DNA of 64,000 nt from an uncultured Acidobacteriota bacterium (GTDB lineage Bacteria; Acidobacteriota; Thermoanaerobaculia; UBA5066; Gp7-AA6). A program made the position numbers and the translations under genes. A model generated the notes under the pieces. It was not told where the DNA came from. It made no database searches and saw only the letters and a program-made list of their open reading frames with translations. The stretch lies in contig CAVXTP010000007.1 in the NCBI GenBank assembly GCA_963764715.1, forward strand, positions 1-64,000, given 5' to 3'. Shown in pieces: positions 41,763 through 52,075 of the stretch (position 1 is the first letter of the stretch; every line of letters starts with the position of its first letter).

Positions 41763-44747
41763 ATGGGAAGGTCCTATCTCGCTCGAGTGCTGATCTGGTT
41801 CGTGGCGCTCGCGGGCCTCGGACTCCACGCCCTCGCGCAGACGAACACCGGCAACATCTACGGCACCGTCGTCGATGATCAGAACAACGGTCTGCCGGGC
41901 GGCACCGTTCTCCTCGAAGGCCCTCAGGCGCCGCGCACGACCACGGTCGACGCGGGCGGGCGGTTCCGGTTCCTCAGGATCCCGGGCGGGACCTACACGA
42001 TCACGGTGACGATGCCGAGCTTCACGACCGCCAAGCGCGAGAACGTGATCGTCACGCTCGGCAAGGACACCGACGTCGGCATCCAGCTGCGGCTGTCTTC
42101 CATCCAGGAGACGGTGACGGTCACCGATACGACCCCGCTCCTCGACACGCGCAAGGTCCAGACGGGCGCGACGTTTGGAAAGACCGAGCTCGAAGAGATC
42201 CCGACCGCCCGCGACATCTACGCCCTGATCCAGCAGGTGCCCGGCGTGCAGCTCGACACCGTCAACATCGCGGGCAACGCGAGCGCGGTGGCGGGAGGGC
42301 CCGACTTCATCAGCAAGGGCTCGGGCAACGTCACCTACCAGGTCGACGGATCGACGATCACCGACAACACCTACGGGAACCCGCTCGGCCGGCAGAACGG
42401 GGGCACGAACACGTTCTTCGACTACTCGACCTTCGACGACGTCGAGGTGACGACGGGCGGCTCGCTGCTCGAGCTCCAGAACCCCGGTGTGCAGATCAAC
42501 GTCGTGACCAAGCGGGGTACGAACGAGCTCAAGGGCTCGGCCCGCTTCCTTTACGCCTCGGCCAACTGGCAGTCGAACAACGAATCCCAGGAGGCCCTCG
42601 ACCAGGGGTTCCAGACCAACAAGACGCGCTTCATCCGCGAGTACGGCGGCGAGCTCGGCGGACCGATCATCCACGACAAGCTGTGGCTGTGGGCCGCCGG
42701 CTCCCGGCAGGACATCTCCGTCCAGACGACTCAACCGACGGCGGCCGAGGGCTCTTATTCCCAGACGGTGACCCTCGCTCCGTGGTCGGCGAAACTGAAC
42801 TGGCAGGTGAGCTCTCCGAACTCCCTGAACGCCTACTTCTCGCGCAGCAACCGGATCGAGGACGGCCGGATCTCCAGCGCGAACGTCACGACGCGTTCGC
42901 CCGAGACCTGGACGAACCTCAACATCCCCACGAACTTCTACAAGCTCGAAGACAACCACGTGTTCTCGGCGTCCCTCTTCGCCTCGGTCTTCGCGAACTA
43001 CCAGGGGGTGGTCTACAACGACGTGCCGCGCGGCGGCCTCGACGCCCAGATCGACTACTACGACGGCGTCTGGCACAACACCTGGAACTACTTCTTCGCC
43101 AAGGACCCCCAGAAGGCGGCGAACCTGCAGGTGTCGAAGTTCTTCAACACCGGCAACGTGAACCACGAGGTCAAGTTCAGCTTCAACTACCGAAACCAGA
43201 TCGCCGACTCGGCGACGGGCCTTCCCGGCGACCAGCTCCAGGGCCAGGAGTACACCTCCTCGGCCTACGCGCTCGTCTCCCGCGGCGTCCGCACGACCTA
43301 CACCACCAACTACTGGACGGGCACGCTCGGCGACACGGTCACCTGGGGCAACCTGACGGTCAATGCCGGCATCCGGTACGATCTCCAGCAATCGCGCAAC
43401 CTGCCGGGGCAGTCCTTCGGCAATGAGGTGTTCCCGGAGATCCTGCCGACCGTCAACTTCCACGGCGTCCAGGACTGGCAGTTCGAGTACACCAACTGGC
43501 AGCCGCGCATCTCGGCGACGTACGCGCTCGGCGAGAAGAAGAACACCCTGTTGCGGGCCTCGTATGCGAGCTATGCCGACCAGCTCGGCTACATCTCGTA
43601 TTACGGAAGCGGCGTCCCGATAGCCAACGGCTATTACTACTACTGGGACGACATCAACGGAGACCACCACGTCGACCGGAACGAGGTCCTGATCGACGAT
43701 GGGATCTACTCGTTCTACAACGGGGTCGATCCCGCGACGCTTCCGAACATACCCAACCAGGTCCAGGACGGCTTCAAGACGCCGTACACGTCCGAAGTGA
43801 CGGCGGGCATCGACCAGCAGATCTTCAACGACTTCGCCGTCTCGGGGACGTTCACGTATCGCAACACGACCCACCTGCAGGACTCGATTCCGCTGGGCTC
43901 GAGCGCCGGGACGTACGACTACCTCGGCAACGTCACCGGAACGGCGGTTTACGACAACGCGTCGAATCCGTTCGTCCTCGACTTCTCGGTGCCCTGCGTC
44001 CCGCTCCAGGCGGCGAGCGCTCCGTGCGGCCCGGGGGCGTACGGGCTCAATCTTCCGGAGGCTCCCGCCGGAAATCTTTTCTACAACCGCCCGGAGGCGA
44101 GCCAGCGTTTCTTCGGGGCCGAGTTCTCGGCCGTCAAGCGACTATCGAACCGCTGGATGCTGCGCGGGTCGTTCGGCTGGCAAAGCTTCAAGCAGTACAT
44201 CACGCCGCAGTCGGTGACCAATCCGAACAACCTCTGGGCCTCGGGCGGCCAGAACCAGAACGGCGTGCCCGCGGTCGGTTACTCGTCCAAGGCCTACGTC
44301 TTCATCGGCGCCGACTGGCAGTTCAACGTCACCGGCCTCTACCAGGGCCCGTGGGGCATCAATCTCGGCGCCAATTTCTACGGGCGCCAGGGATACCCGA
44401 TGCCCTACTACGTCCGGGCGCGAACCCGGGACGTCCTGAATCAGCGGGTCAACCTCCTGATCGGCTCGGTCGACACGGTCCGGCTCGACAACGTGTACAA
44501 CTTCGACCTGCGCCTCGAGAAGGCGTTCAAGATCGGGCCGGTGACGGCGACGGCCGCGGCGGAGGTCTTCAACGTGGCCAACTCCAACACCGTTCTGCAG
44601 CGGTACGCGCGCGCCGGCAACTGGGACGTGCGGGACTACGACCCGGCCAATCCCAATGCCGCATTCGAGCAGGACCCGAACTTCAACTACATTCAGGAGA
44701 CCCTGAGCCCGCGCATCCTGCGGCTGGGCATCCGGGTTTCGTTCTAG
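41763..44747 (+). CDS. TonB-dependent receptor (Oar-like, N-terminal carboxypeptidase-regulatory-like domain)
   Basis: GGAGGAGG RBS, INVVTKRGTNELKG motif, C-terminal PRILRLGIRVSF. Confidence 0.92.
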   Translation: MGRSYLARVLIWFVALAGLGLHALAQTNTGNIYGTVVDDQNNGLPGGTVLLEGPQAPRTTTVDAGGRFRFLRIPGGTYTITVTMPSFTTAKRENVIVTLGKDTDVGIQLRLSSIQETVTVTDTTPLLDTRKVQTGATFGKTELEEIPTARDIYALIQQVPGVQLDTVNIAGNASAVAGGPDFISKGSGNVTYQVDGSTITDNTYGNPLGRQNGGTNTFFDYSTFDDVEVTTGGSLLELQNPGVQINVVTKRGTNELKGSARFLYASANWQSNNESQEALDQGFQTNKTRFIREYGGELGGPIIHDKLWLWAAGSRQDISVQTTQPTAAEGSYSQTVTLAPWSAKLNWQVSSPNSLNAYFSRSNRIEDGRISSANVTTRSPETWTNLNIPTNFYKLEDNHVFSASLFASVFANYQGVVYNDVPRGGLDAQIDYYDGVWHNTWNYFFAKDPQKAANLQVSKFFNTGNVNHEVKFSFNYRNQIADSATGLPGDQLQGQEYTSSAYALVSRGVRTTYTTNYWTGTLGDTVTWGNLTVNAGIRYDLQQSRNLPGQSFGNEVFPEILPTVNFHGVQDWQFEYTNWQPRISATYALGEKKNTLLRASYASYADQLGYISYYGSGVPIANGYYYYWDDINGDHHVDRNEVLIDDGIYSFYNGVDPATLPNIPNQVQDGFKTPYTSEVTAGIDQQIFNDFAVSGTFTYRNTTHLQDSIPLGSSAGTYDYLGNVTGTAVYDNASNPFVLDFSVPCVPLQAASAPCGPGAYGLNLPEAPAGNLFYNRPEASQRFFGAEFSAVKRLSNRWMLRGSFGWQSFKQYITPQSVTNPNNLWASGGQNQNGVPAVGYSSKAYVFIGADWQFNVTGLYQGPWGINLGANFYGRQGYPMPYYVRARTRDVLNQRVNLLIGSVDTVRLDNVYNFDLRLEKAFKIGPVTATAAAEVFNVANSNTVLQRYARAGNWDVRDYDPANPNAAFEQDPNFNYIQETLSPRILRLGIRVSF

Positions 44748-44766
44748 AGTCCGCGCTCTCTCTTCG

Positions 44767-44806
44767 GAGGCCCGCCCGGGAATTCCGGGCGGGCCTCTCG
44801 GTTTTT
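44767..44806 (+). terminator. Rho-independent terminator
   Basis: GAGGCCCGCCCGG/CCGGGCGGGCCTC stem followed by a T-run. Confidence 0.75.
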
Positions 44807-44814
44807 CTGCCGGG

Positions 44815-46914
44815 ATGAAACGCCGCCTCGCCGTCGTCCTCCTCGCTTGCGCGGCGGCCGCCTGCCGGCGCGAGAGCCCCTCCGCCGCGGGACCGCCGGT
44901 GGTCCGGGCCCCCGGCCCGCGGGTCCCGCGCGACGTCGTTCTCATCACGATCGATACGCTCCGCTACGACGCCACGGGATTCGACGGCAACCCGAACGGC
45001 ACGACGCCGAACCTCGACCGCTTCGCCGGAGAGGGCCGCGTGTTCACGCAGGCCCACTCGCACAATGTCGTGACGCTGCCCTCGCACACGAACATCCTGA
45101 CGGGGATGCTCCCATACCAGCACGGCGTGCGGGAGAACGCGGGCTTCAAGCTCTCCCCGAAGATCGACACCGTGGCGACGCGCCTCAAGGCGAAGGGCTA
45201 CGCGACCGGCGCCTTCGTCGGCGCCTTCGTTCTCGACTCGCGCTACGGCCTCGCGCGCGGCTTCGACGTCTACGACGAACTCTACAGGCACCTCGACGAA
45301 CAGCTCGACTTCAACATCCAGCAGGCCCGCGGCGAGGACGTGGTCAAGGCCGCCCTCGAGTGGTACCAGGAACAGGCCGGCAAGCCGCGCTTTCTGTGGG
45401 TCCACGTCTACGACCCCCACGCGCCGTACGAGCCGCCGGCTCCCTACGCCGACCGCTTCGAGGACAAGTACCTCGGCGAGGTGGCCTACGCCGACGGCGC
45501 CCTGGCGCCCCTGCTCTCGGCGGTGCGTGCGGTCGATCCGCCGCCGCTTCTCGTCGTGACCGGCGACCACGGCGAAGCCCGCGGCGATCACGGCGAGCTC
45601 ACCCACGGCCTGTTCTGCTACGAGGCGACACTCCACATTCCACTCATGATGTGGTGCCCCCCATTGCTTCCTCCCGGCAAGGACGCCGTCCCGGCCCGCC
45701 ACGTCGACATCGTGCCCACGATGCTCGACGCGATCGGCGAGGCGCCCGTCGCGGAGCTGCCCGGCCAGTCGCTGCTGCCGCCGGGCCGACGGGAGGGCGA
45801 GGCCGGAAACTACTTCGAGGCCCTGTCGGCCTCCTTCAACCGGGGCTGGGCGCCGCTGCGGGGGCTGCTCTCCGGGGGCAGCAAGTACATCGAGCTGCCT
45901 CTGCCCGAGCTCTACGACGTCCCGAAGGACCCGGCCGAGGCGAACAATCTCCTGTCCTCGGCGCCCGACGCGCTGCGGCGCCTGCGCAAGCGGCTCATGG
46001 AGCTTCCCACGGCCGTCATGGACCGGGGAACGGTCGGCGCGGAAGAGGCCGCGAAGCTGCGGAGCCTCGGATACCTCGCCGGCTCGGACGAAAAGAAGGC
46101 GAGCTACGGCCCCGCCGACGATCCCAAGAACCTCGTCGGCGTCGACCGAAAGATCCACCTGTACGTCGGCGCCTACGAATCGAAGGACTACGACGAGGCC
46201 CTGCGCCTGGCAAAGGAACTCGTCGCCGAGAACCCGAAGATGAAGCTCGGATACCAGCACCTCGCCACGGCCCAGCAGGCGCGGGGCGACCTCGAGGCGG
46301 CCGTCCGGACCTTCGACAAGGCCACCGCCAACGGAGTCGGCGGGGAGAGCACCGACCGGCGCAAGGCCCTCATCCTGTCCGAGCTCGGCCGTCCGGCGGA
46401 AGCCGTCAAGGTGCTCGCGCCCTACGAGGAGACCGAAGATCCGGAAACGCTCAACTCGCTCGGCATCGCGCTCTCAGACGCCGGCCGAGCGAAGGAGGCG
46501 CTAACGGTCTTCGGACGGTCGCTCGAGATCGATCCGTCCAACATCGACGCCTACCAGAACATCGGCATCGCCTACCTGCGGCTGAACCAGAACGAGGAGG
46601 CGAAGAAGTACCTCGAGCAGGCGATCGCGCGCGGCAAGCGGCACGTCCGCGCCTGGAACGCGCTCGGGGTGGCCTGCCTGCGCCTGGGCGACCCGCGTCG
46701 GGCGGTCGAGAGCTGGCAGAAGGCCGTGGAGCTCAACCCCGAGCAGTACGATGCGCTCTACAACATCGGCCGCGTCGCCGGCCAGGTGGGCGACTGGAAG
46801 ACCGCCCGGGCCGCACTCGAACGGTTCGTGAGCACGGCCCCGCCGAAGCAGTACGCCCGCGACCTGCGGGAAGTCCGTGCCGCGCTCGCCGACATGTCCC
46901 GCCGCGGCCTCTGA
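44815..46914 (+). CDS. Sulfatase-like lipoprotein with C-terminal TPR repeats
   Basis: Lipobox AAAC, IDTLRYD, TLPSHTNILTG, GDHGE motifs, TPR repeats. Confidence 0.88.
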   Translation: MKRRLAVVLLACAAAACRRESPSAAGPPVVRAPGPRVPRDVVLITIDTLRYDATGFDGNPNGTTPNLDRFAGEGRVFTQAHSHNVVTLPSHTNILTGMLPYQHGVRENAGFKLSPKIDTVATRLKAKGYATGAFVGAFVLDSRYGLARGFDVYDELYRHLDEQLDFNIQQARGEDVVKAALEWYQEQAGKPRFLWVHVYDPHAPYEPPAPYADRFEDKYLGEVAYADGALAPLLSAVRAVDPPPLLVVTGDHGEARGDHGELTHGLFCYEATLHIPLMMWCPPLLPPGKDAVPARHVDIVPTMLDAIGEAPVAELPGQSLLPPGRREGEAGNYFEALSASFNRGWAPLRGLLSGGSKYIELPLPELYDVPKDPAEANNLLSSAPDALRRLRKRLMELPTAVMDRGTVGAEEAAKLRSLGYLAGSDEKKASYGPADDPKNLVGVDRKIHLYVGAYESKDYDEALRLAKELVAENPKMKLGYQHLATAQQARGDLEAAVRTFDKATANGVGGESTDRRKALILSELGRPAEAVKVLAPYEETEDPETLNSLGIALSDAGRAKEALTVFGRSLEIDPSNIDAYQNIGIAYLRLNQNEEAKKYLEQAIARGKRHVRAWNALGVACLRLGDPRRAVESWQKAVELNPEQYDALYNIGRVAGQVGDWKTARAALERFVSTAPPKQYARDLREVRAALADMSRRGL

Positions 46915-46936
46915 TTCCCCATAGAATCCCCGACCT

Positions 46937-48445
46937 ATGAAGTATCTGCTGAGACTCCTCGGCGCGGCGGCCGTCTCCGCCGGCCTCGCTCGGGCGGCGG
47001 AGCCGCCGACGACCTGGGTCATCGCGGGCGCCAAGGTCGCGGACGGGACGGGGGCGCCGCTCGTCGCGCAGGACGTGCGTGTCGACGGCGACCGCATCGT
47101 GGCCGTGGGGAAGATCTCGCGCCTTCCCGGAGAGCGCATCGTCGACGGAACGGGCCTCGTCCTGTCCCCCGGATTCATCGACGTCCACAATCACTCGGAA
47201 ACCGGCCTCGTGAAGGACCCGATGGCGGAATCGCAGGTCTCGCAGGGCATCACGACGCTCGTCATCGGGCCCGACGGCGAATCGCCCTGGCCGATCGGCG
47301 AGTACCTCGATGCGCGGCGCAAGTCGCCGCCTTCGGTCAACGTCATGACGATGGTCGGCCACGCGACCGTTCGCGAGCTCGTCATGGGCAAGGACTACCG
47401 GCGCGTCGCGACGCCCGAAGAAGTCGCGAAGATGGCGGCGCTCGTCGAGCAGGGGATGCGCGAGGGCGGTGCGGGCCTCTCCTCCGGCCTCGAATACGAC
47501 ATGGGCAGTTACGCCGCGACCGAGGAGCTCATCGCGCTCGGAAAGGCGTCGGCCCGCTACGGCGGCTTCTACATGACGCACGTGCGGGACGAAGCCGAGA
47601 AGACCTTCGCCGCATTCGAAGAGGCCATCGCGATCGGCGAGAAGGGGGGGCTCCCCCTCGAGATCTCCCACATCAAGCTCGGAACGGTCGGGGTCTGGGG
47701 AAAGACGAAGGAGGCGATCGCATTGATCGACGCGGCGCGCGCCCGCGGCTTCGATGCCACCGCCGACTGCTATCCGTACGAGGCCTGGCATTCGAACCTC
47801 GAGGTCATCGTTCCCGACAAGCAGTACGACAACACCGAGAGCGTCGGCGAGGCGATTCGCGTGCTCGGCGGTCCCACGCGGATCACCGTGACCGCCTGCA
47901 AGGCCCATCCGAACTACGCCGGCAAGAACCTCGAGGAGATCGCGAAACTGGAGGGAATGACGCCGGTCGCCCTGTACTCGAAGATGGTCAAGGAAGGCGG
48001 CGCGGACATCATCGGCCACTCGATGAAGGAAGAGGACGTCCTCGCCCTCTACAGGCAGCCGTGGGTCATGGTCGCCTCCGACGGCGGCATCGACAACGAC
48101 CACCCGCGGGGCGCTGGCACCTTCCCGCGCGTGCTCGGCCGCTTCGTGCGCGAGAAGCACCTCTTCACGCTCGAGGAGGCGGTCCGCAAGATGACGTCGC
48201 TGCCGGCCTCGCGGATGAAGCTCGCCGACCGCGGCCGGATCGCCCCCGGGATGAAGGCCGACCTCGTCCTCTTCGATCCCGCGACCGTCATCGACCGCTC
48301 GACGTTCGCGGAGCCGCGCCGGCTCGCGGACGGCATCGTCCTGACGGTCGTCAACGGCGAGGCGGTCTGGAAGGACCGGAAGACGACGGGGGCGAAGCCC
48401 GGACGAGTCCTGACCCTGGCGGGAAACGCGATCGAGGCGAAGTAG
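46937..48445 (+). CDS. Secreted D-aminoacylase family amidohydrolase
   Basis: PGFIDVHNH and HPRGAGTFPRVLG motifs. Confidence 0.88.
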   Translation: MKYLLRLLGAAAVSAGLARAAEPPTTWVIAGAKVADGTGAPLVAQDVRVDGDRIVAVGKISRLPGERIVDGTGLVLSPGFIDVHNHSETGLVKDPMAESQVSQGITTLVIGPDGESPWPIGEYLDARRKSPPSVNVMTMVGHATVRELVMGKDYRRVATPEEVAKMAALVEQGMREGGAGLSSGLEYDMGSYAATEELIALGKASARYGGFYMTHVRDEAEKTFAAFEEAIAIGEKGGLPLEISHIKLGTVGVWGKTKEAIALIDAARARGFDATADCYPYEAWHSNLEVIVPDKQYDNTESVGEAIRVLGGPTRITVTACKAHPNYAGKNLEEIAKLEGMTPVALYSKMVKEGGADIIGHSMKEEDVLALYRQPWVMVASDGGIDNDHPRGAGTFPRVLGRFVREKHLFTLEEAVRKMTSLPASRMKLADRGRIAPGMKADLVLFDPATVIDRSTFAEPRRLADGIVLTVVNGEAVWKDRKTTGAKPGRVLTLAGNAIEAK

Positions 48446-48492
48446 AATCGGCGTCCCGCCGGGGCCGATCGGCACTTCGGGCCCGGAGGAAC

Positions 48493-50844
48493 ATGAGAAA
48501 GCTCTCGCTCGCCACAGTCCTCACCCTCGCCCTGGTTCTCGCCGGCGGCGCGACCGTGCTTCTCTCGTCGGTCGCCTCGGTGTCGGTCCCCGTCATCACG
48601 GAGCCCGCGTCGGACGGCCAGGTCATCAACCCCTACGACGTCCACATGGTCGCGGGCCCCTTCGTGGGCTCGCCCGGCGAGAGCCACGTCTGCAGCGACT
48701 GGGAGATCCGGACGGCGGGCTCGGACGAGCTCGTCTGGAGCGCTGCCTGCGCCACGGGATCGGGCAAGGTGCACGTTCACCTGGGCGACGGCACGTTCAC
48801 GGGGCCCCTCGACGGCCGGCACCAGCTGAACTTCGGAAGCGCATACCGGCTGCGCGTGCGCTTCCTCGGCGACGCGGAGCCGGCCGGCAGCGACTGGAGC
48901 GACTGGGCCGTCCGCGAGTTCGCGACGACGGCCGCGACGGTGATCCAGCCGATCCTGCTCTCCGACGTGTCCGTCGTCCCGACGCCGCGGTGGCGCGACG
49001 ACGCCGGGCACGACGTCGTCCTGCCGGCCGCCGGCGCCCGCGCGGGAAGCCTGCGGCTCGACGTGCTCGGAGGCGGAACGGTCCTCACGTTCACGGGGCT
49101 CGACGGCGCGGTCAACCGCCTGTCGAATCCGGGCCCCGTCGCGGCGCACGGCGCCCTGCGGGTCATCGCCGTCGCCGGCTCGGCCCCGCTCGATCTGCCG
49201 GCGTCCACCGTGTTCTTCACGGACGGGAGCGGCGAGGACCGGCAGGTCTTTCTTCCGCCGATCGCTCTCTCCGCGGACGCGATCGCCTCCTGGTGGATCG
49301 CGGAGGGCGGCGGGGCCTTCACCGACGCGACGGGCGGCGACCCGGCGGCCACGCCCGCGTTCGACGCTCCCGTGACCGAGCCGCCCGTGCCCTGGGCCGT
49401 GAAGCAGCCGGGGCTGCGGGTCGATCGCGTGGCGACCGGCTTCCAGCTCCCCGTCAACATCGCGTTCGTTCCGGCGCCGGGCTCCGCGCCGGATGCCCCT
49501 CTCTTCTACGTCACGGAGCTCTACGGCTCGGTCAAGGTCGTCCTGCGCGACGGGACGGTCTCCGACTACGCGACGGGCCTCCTGAACTTCGACCCCGCCG
49601 GATCCTTCCCGGGCTCGGGTGAGAAAGGCCTCGCCGGGATCGTCGTCGATCCGGGCTCGGGCGACGTGTATGTCAGCTCGGTCTTCGCGGTTGCCGGCGT
49701 GACCGACTTTCACTTCCCCGAGGTCCGCCGCCTCCACAGCGACGACGGCGGCCGGACGGCCTCGGCGCAGGACCCGATCCTGCAGTTTCCGGACGAGCCC
49801 ATGGGCGCGTCGCACCAGACCTCGAACCTGACGATCGGTCCCGACGGCAAGCTCTACGTCCACATCGGCGACGGCCTGCTGACGACGCCGGCGCAGGACT
49901 TGAACTCGGTGCGCGGGAAGATCCTCCGGGTCAACCTCGACGGCTCGGCCCCCGAGGACAATCCCTTCTACGACGCGACGGACGGCCTGACGAACCGGGA
50001 CCTCATCTTCGCCTCGGGGCTGCGCAATCCGTTCGGCGGCGCCTGGCGGGACGTCGACGGTTCGCACTGGGAAGTCGAGAACGGGCCGGGCACCGACCGC
50101 CTGGCGAAGATCGTCGCCGGTCGCAACTACCTCTGGGACGGCACCGACGGCAGCATGACGAACTACGCCGCGTTCACCTGGTTTCCTTCGCACGCTCCGG
50201 TCAACATCGCCTTCGTGCAGCTCTCGACCTTCGCGGGAAGCGGCTTTCCCGCCGACCGCCTCAACCACGCGTTCGTCACGGAGTCGGGCGCGACCTACGC
50301 GGCCGGCCCTCAGGCGCTCGGCAAGCGCGTCGTCGAATTCGTGCTCGACGCGGACGGCAATCTCGTGCGCGGCCCCCTGCCCGTCGTCGAGTACCTCGGC
50401 TCCGGACGCGGCACGGCGGTCGGCCTCGCGGCCGGCCCCGACGGTCTCTACTTCACCGACCTCTACAAGGACTTCGGCGCCGCGACGCCGATCGATCCGG
50501 GCGCGAACGTCTTCCGGATCGTCTGGACGGGAGTGGCGGACTTCACGGCCGAGTCGGGAACGTCCGGCCGGGCGCCGTTCGCCGTCCAGTTCCGCGACGC
50601 CTCCAGCGTCCCCTCGGCCTCGGCGTGGCACTGGGAGTTCGGCGACGGCGAAACGAGCGAAGAGCACGAGCCGCTCCACGTCTATCGCCTGCCGGGCGCC
50701 TACGACGTTCGGCTGACGGTCACCGGCGCGCCGGGAACGGTCGCGAAGCAGAAGCCGGCCTTCGTTGCCGTTCAATCCCCGGCCCGGAGCCCCCTGGCCG
50801 TTCCCCGGGTGCAGCCCACCCCCCGGGTCCTGTCGCCGAGGTAG
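48493..50844 (+). CDS. PQQ-dependent sugar dehydrogenase-like beta-propeller with PKD domain
   Basis: GPDGKLYVHIGD, GKILRVNLDGSAPEDNPF, GLRNPF and WEFGDG motifs; GGAGG RBS before ATG 48493. Confidence 0.85.
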   Translation: MRKLSLATVLTLALVLAGGATVLLSSVASVSVPVITEPASDGQVINPYDVHMVAGPFVGSPGESHVCSDWEIRTAGSDELVWSAACATGSGKVHVHLGDGTFTGPLDGRHQLNFGSAYRLRVRFLGDAEPAGSDWSDWAVREFATTAATVIQPILLSDVSVVPTPRWRDDAGHDVVLPAAGARAGSLRLDVLGGGTVLTFTGLDGAVNRLSNPGPVAAHGALRVIAVAGSAPLDLPASTVFFTDGSGEDRQVFLPPIALSADAIASWWIAEGGGAFTDATGGDPAATPAFDAPVTEPPVPWAVKQPGLRVDRVATGFQLPVNIAFVPAPGSAPDAPLFYVTELYGSVKVVLRDGTVSDYATGLLNFDPAGSFPGSGEKGLAGIVVDPGSGDVYVSSVFAVAGVTDFHFPEVRRLHSDDGGRTASAQDPILQFPDEPMGASHQTSNLTIGPDGKLYVHIGDGLLTTPAQDLNSVRGKILRVNLDGSAPEDNPFYDATDGLTNRDLIFASGLRNPFGGAWRDVDGSHWEVENGPGTDRLAKIVAGRNYLWDGTDGSMTNYAAFTWFPSHAPVNIAFVQLSTFAGSGFPADRLNHAFVTESGATYAAGPQALGKRVVEFVLDADGNLVRGPLPVVEYLGSGRGTAVGLAAGPDGLYFTDLYKDFGAATPIDPGANVFRIVWTGVADFTAESGTSGRAPFAVQFRDASSVPSASAWHWEFGDGETSEEHEPLHVYRLPGAYDVRLTVTGAPGTVAKQKPAFVAVQSPARSPLAVPRVQPTPRVLSPR

Positions 50845-50863
50845 CCACCTTACAATTGGCCGG

Positions 50864-52057
50864 ATGGAGACTTCCGAGGAAGAGCGGGCGGTCCGCCGCC
50901 GTCCCCTGCGGTGGGCCGTGGGCGCCGCGGCGCTCCTGCTCCTCGCCATCCTGCTGACGGCCCTTTCGCGGCCCCGGGGGGTCCCGGTCCAGGTCGTCGG
51001 GGTCAAGCGCGGGGACCTGATCGTTCCGGTCCAGTGCGACGGGACGCTGGAGCCCCCGCCCGGCGGCGAGCTGCGCTCTCCCGAGAGCGCGGCGGTGGCC
51101 GAGCTTGCCGCCCGGGACGGCGACCGCGTCTCGGCGGGGACGCGGCTCGTGCGGCTCGAGAACGCCGAGCTCTCGCAGAAGGCGCTCGACGCCCGATCCG
51201 AGGCCCTGCGCCTGGCGGCGGACCGGGCGAGCGCCGAGGCCGAGCTCGCCGAGCTTGCCCGCGAGGAGAAGCACCGGCGAGAAGTCTTCGAGGCGGACGG
51301 GCGGCTGCTTTCGTCCGGCGCGATCTCGCGCGCCGCCGCCGAGGCCGACGAGCGGTCGCTTCGCCAGGCGGAAGACAACCTGCGCGCGGCGCGCACGCGG
51401 CTGTCGGGGCTCGACGGCCCCCTGTCGCGCCTCGCGCTGGCGGAACGAGCGGCCGACGAGTTCGAGCGGCGCGTCGCGGCGCTCGACGTCCGCGCGCCGT
51501 CGGCCGGCGTCGTCTACGGCCTTCCGCGGCGCGTCGGCGAAACCGTCTCCGCCGGCCAGGTCGTGGCGAGCGTCGTCGAGGCGGCGCACCGGCGCCTGCG
51601 GGCCCGCGTCGACCAGCCGGACCTGCCGCGGGTGGCGACGGGCCAGCGCGTCATCGTGGCCTTCGACGGCCTGCCGCGGCAGCGCTGGGAGGGCCGCGTG
51701 ACGTTCGTCTCGCCGGGGCTCTCGACGGTGGGCGGCCGCGAGGTTGGCGAAGTCCTCGGCGAGGTCGACGATCCGAAGGGAGAGCTTCCGACCAACGCCG
51801 CCGTCGAAGTCCAGATCGTGACGGGAGAAAAGAGCGGCGCGCTCGTCATCCCCCGGGCCGCGGTCCTCCGCGACGGCGACCGGCGCTACGTGTACCTGCT
51901 CGAAAAGGGCCGGGCGCGCCGGCGCGAGGTCCAGGTCGGGCTGTCCGGCCTGAACGACGTCGAGATCGCCTCCGGCGTCTCCGAGAAGGACTCGGTCATC
52001 CTTCCCGGCTCGACCACCCTGTCGGAGGGCCTGCGGGTCCGCTCCGGCGGCGCGTAA
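50864..52057 (+). CDS. Efflux periplasmic adaptor (MacA/HlyD family)
   Basis: N-terminal TM, coiled coil, VRAPSAGVV motif, beta-barrel domain. Confidence 0.88.
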   Translation: METSEEERAVRRRPLRWAVGAAALLLLAILLTALSRPRGVPVQVVGVKRGDLIVPVQCDGTLEPPPGGELRSPESAAVAELAARDGDRVSAGTRLVRLENAELSQKALDARSEALRLAADRASAEAELAELAREEKHRREVFEADGRLLSSGAISRAAAEADERSLRQAEDNLRAARTRLSGLDGPLSRLALAERAADEFERRVAALDVRAPSAGVVYGLPRRVGETVSAGQVVASVVEAAHRRLRARVDQPDLPRVATGQRVIVAFDGLPRQRWEGRVTFVSPGLSTVGGREVGEVLGEVDDPKGELPTNAAVEVQIVTGEKSGALVIPRAAVLRDGDRRYVYLLEKGRARRREVQVGLSGLNDVEIASGVSEKDSVILPGSTTLSEGLRVRSGGA

Positions 52058-52075
52058 GGCCCGGCCCCTCGACCC

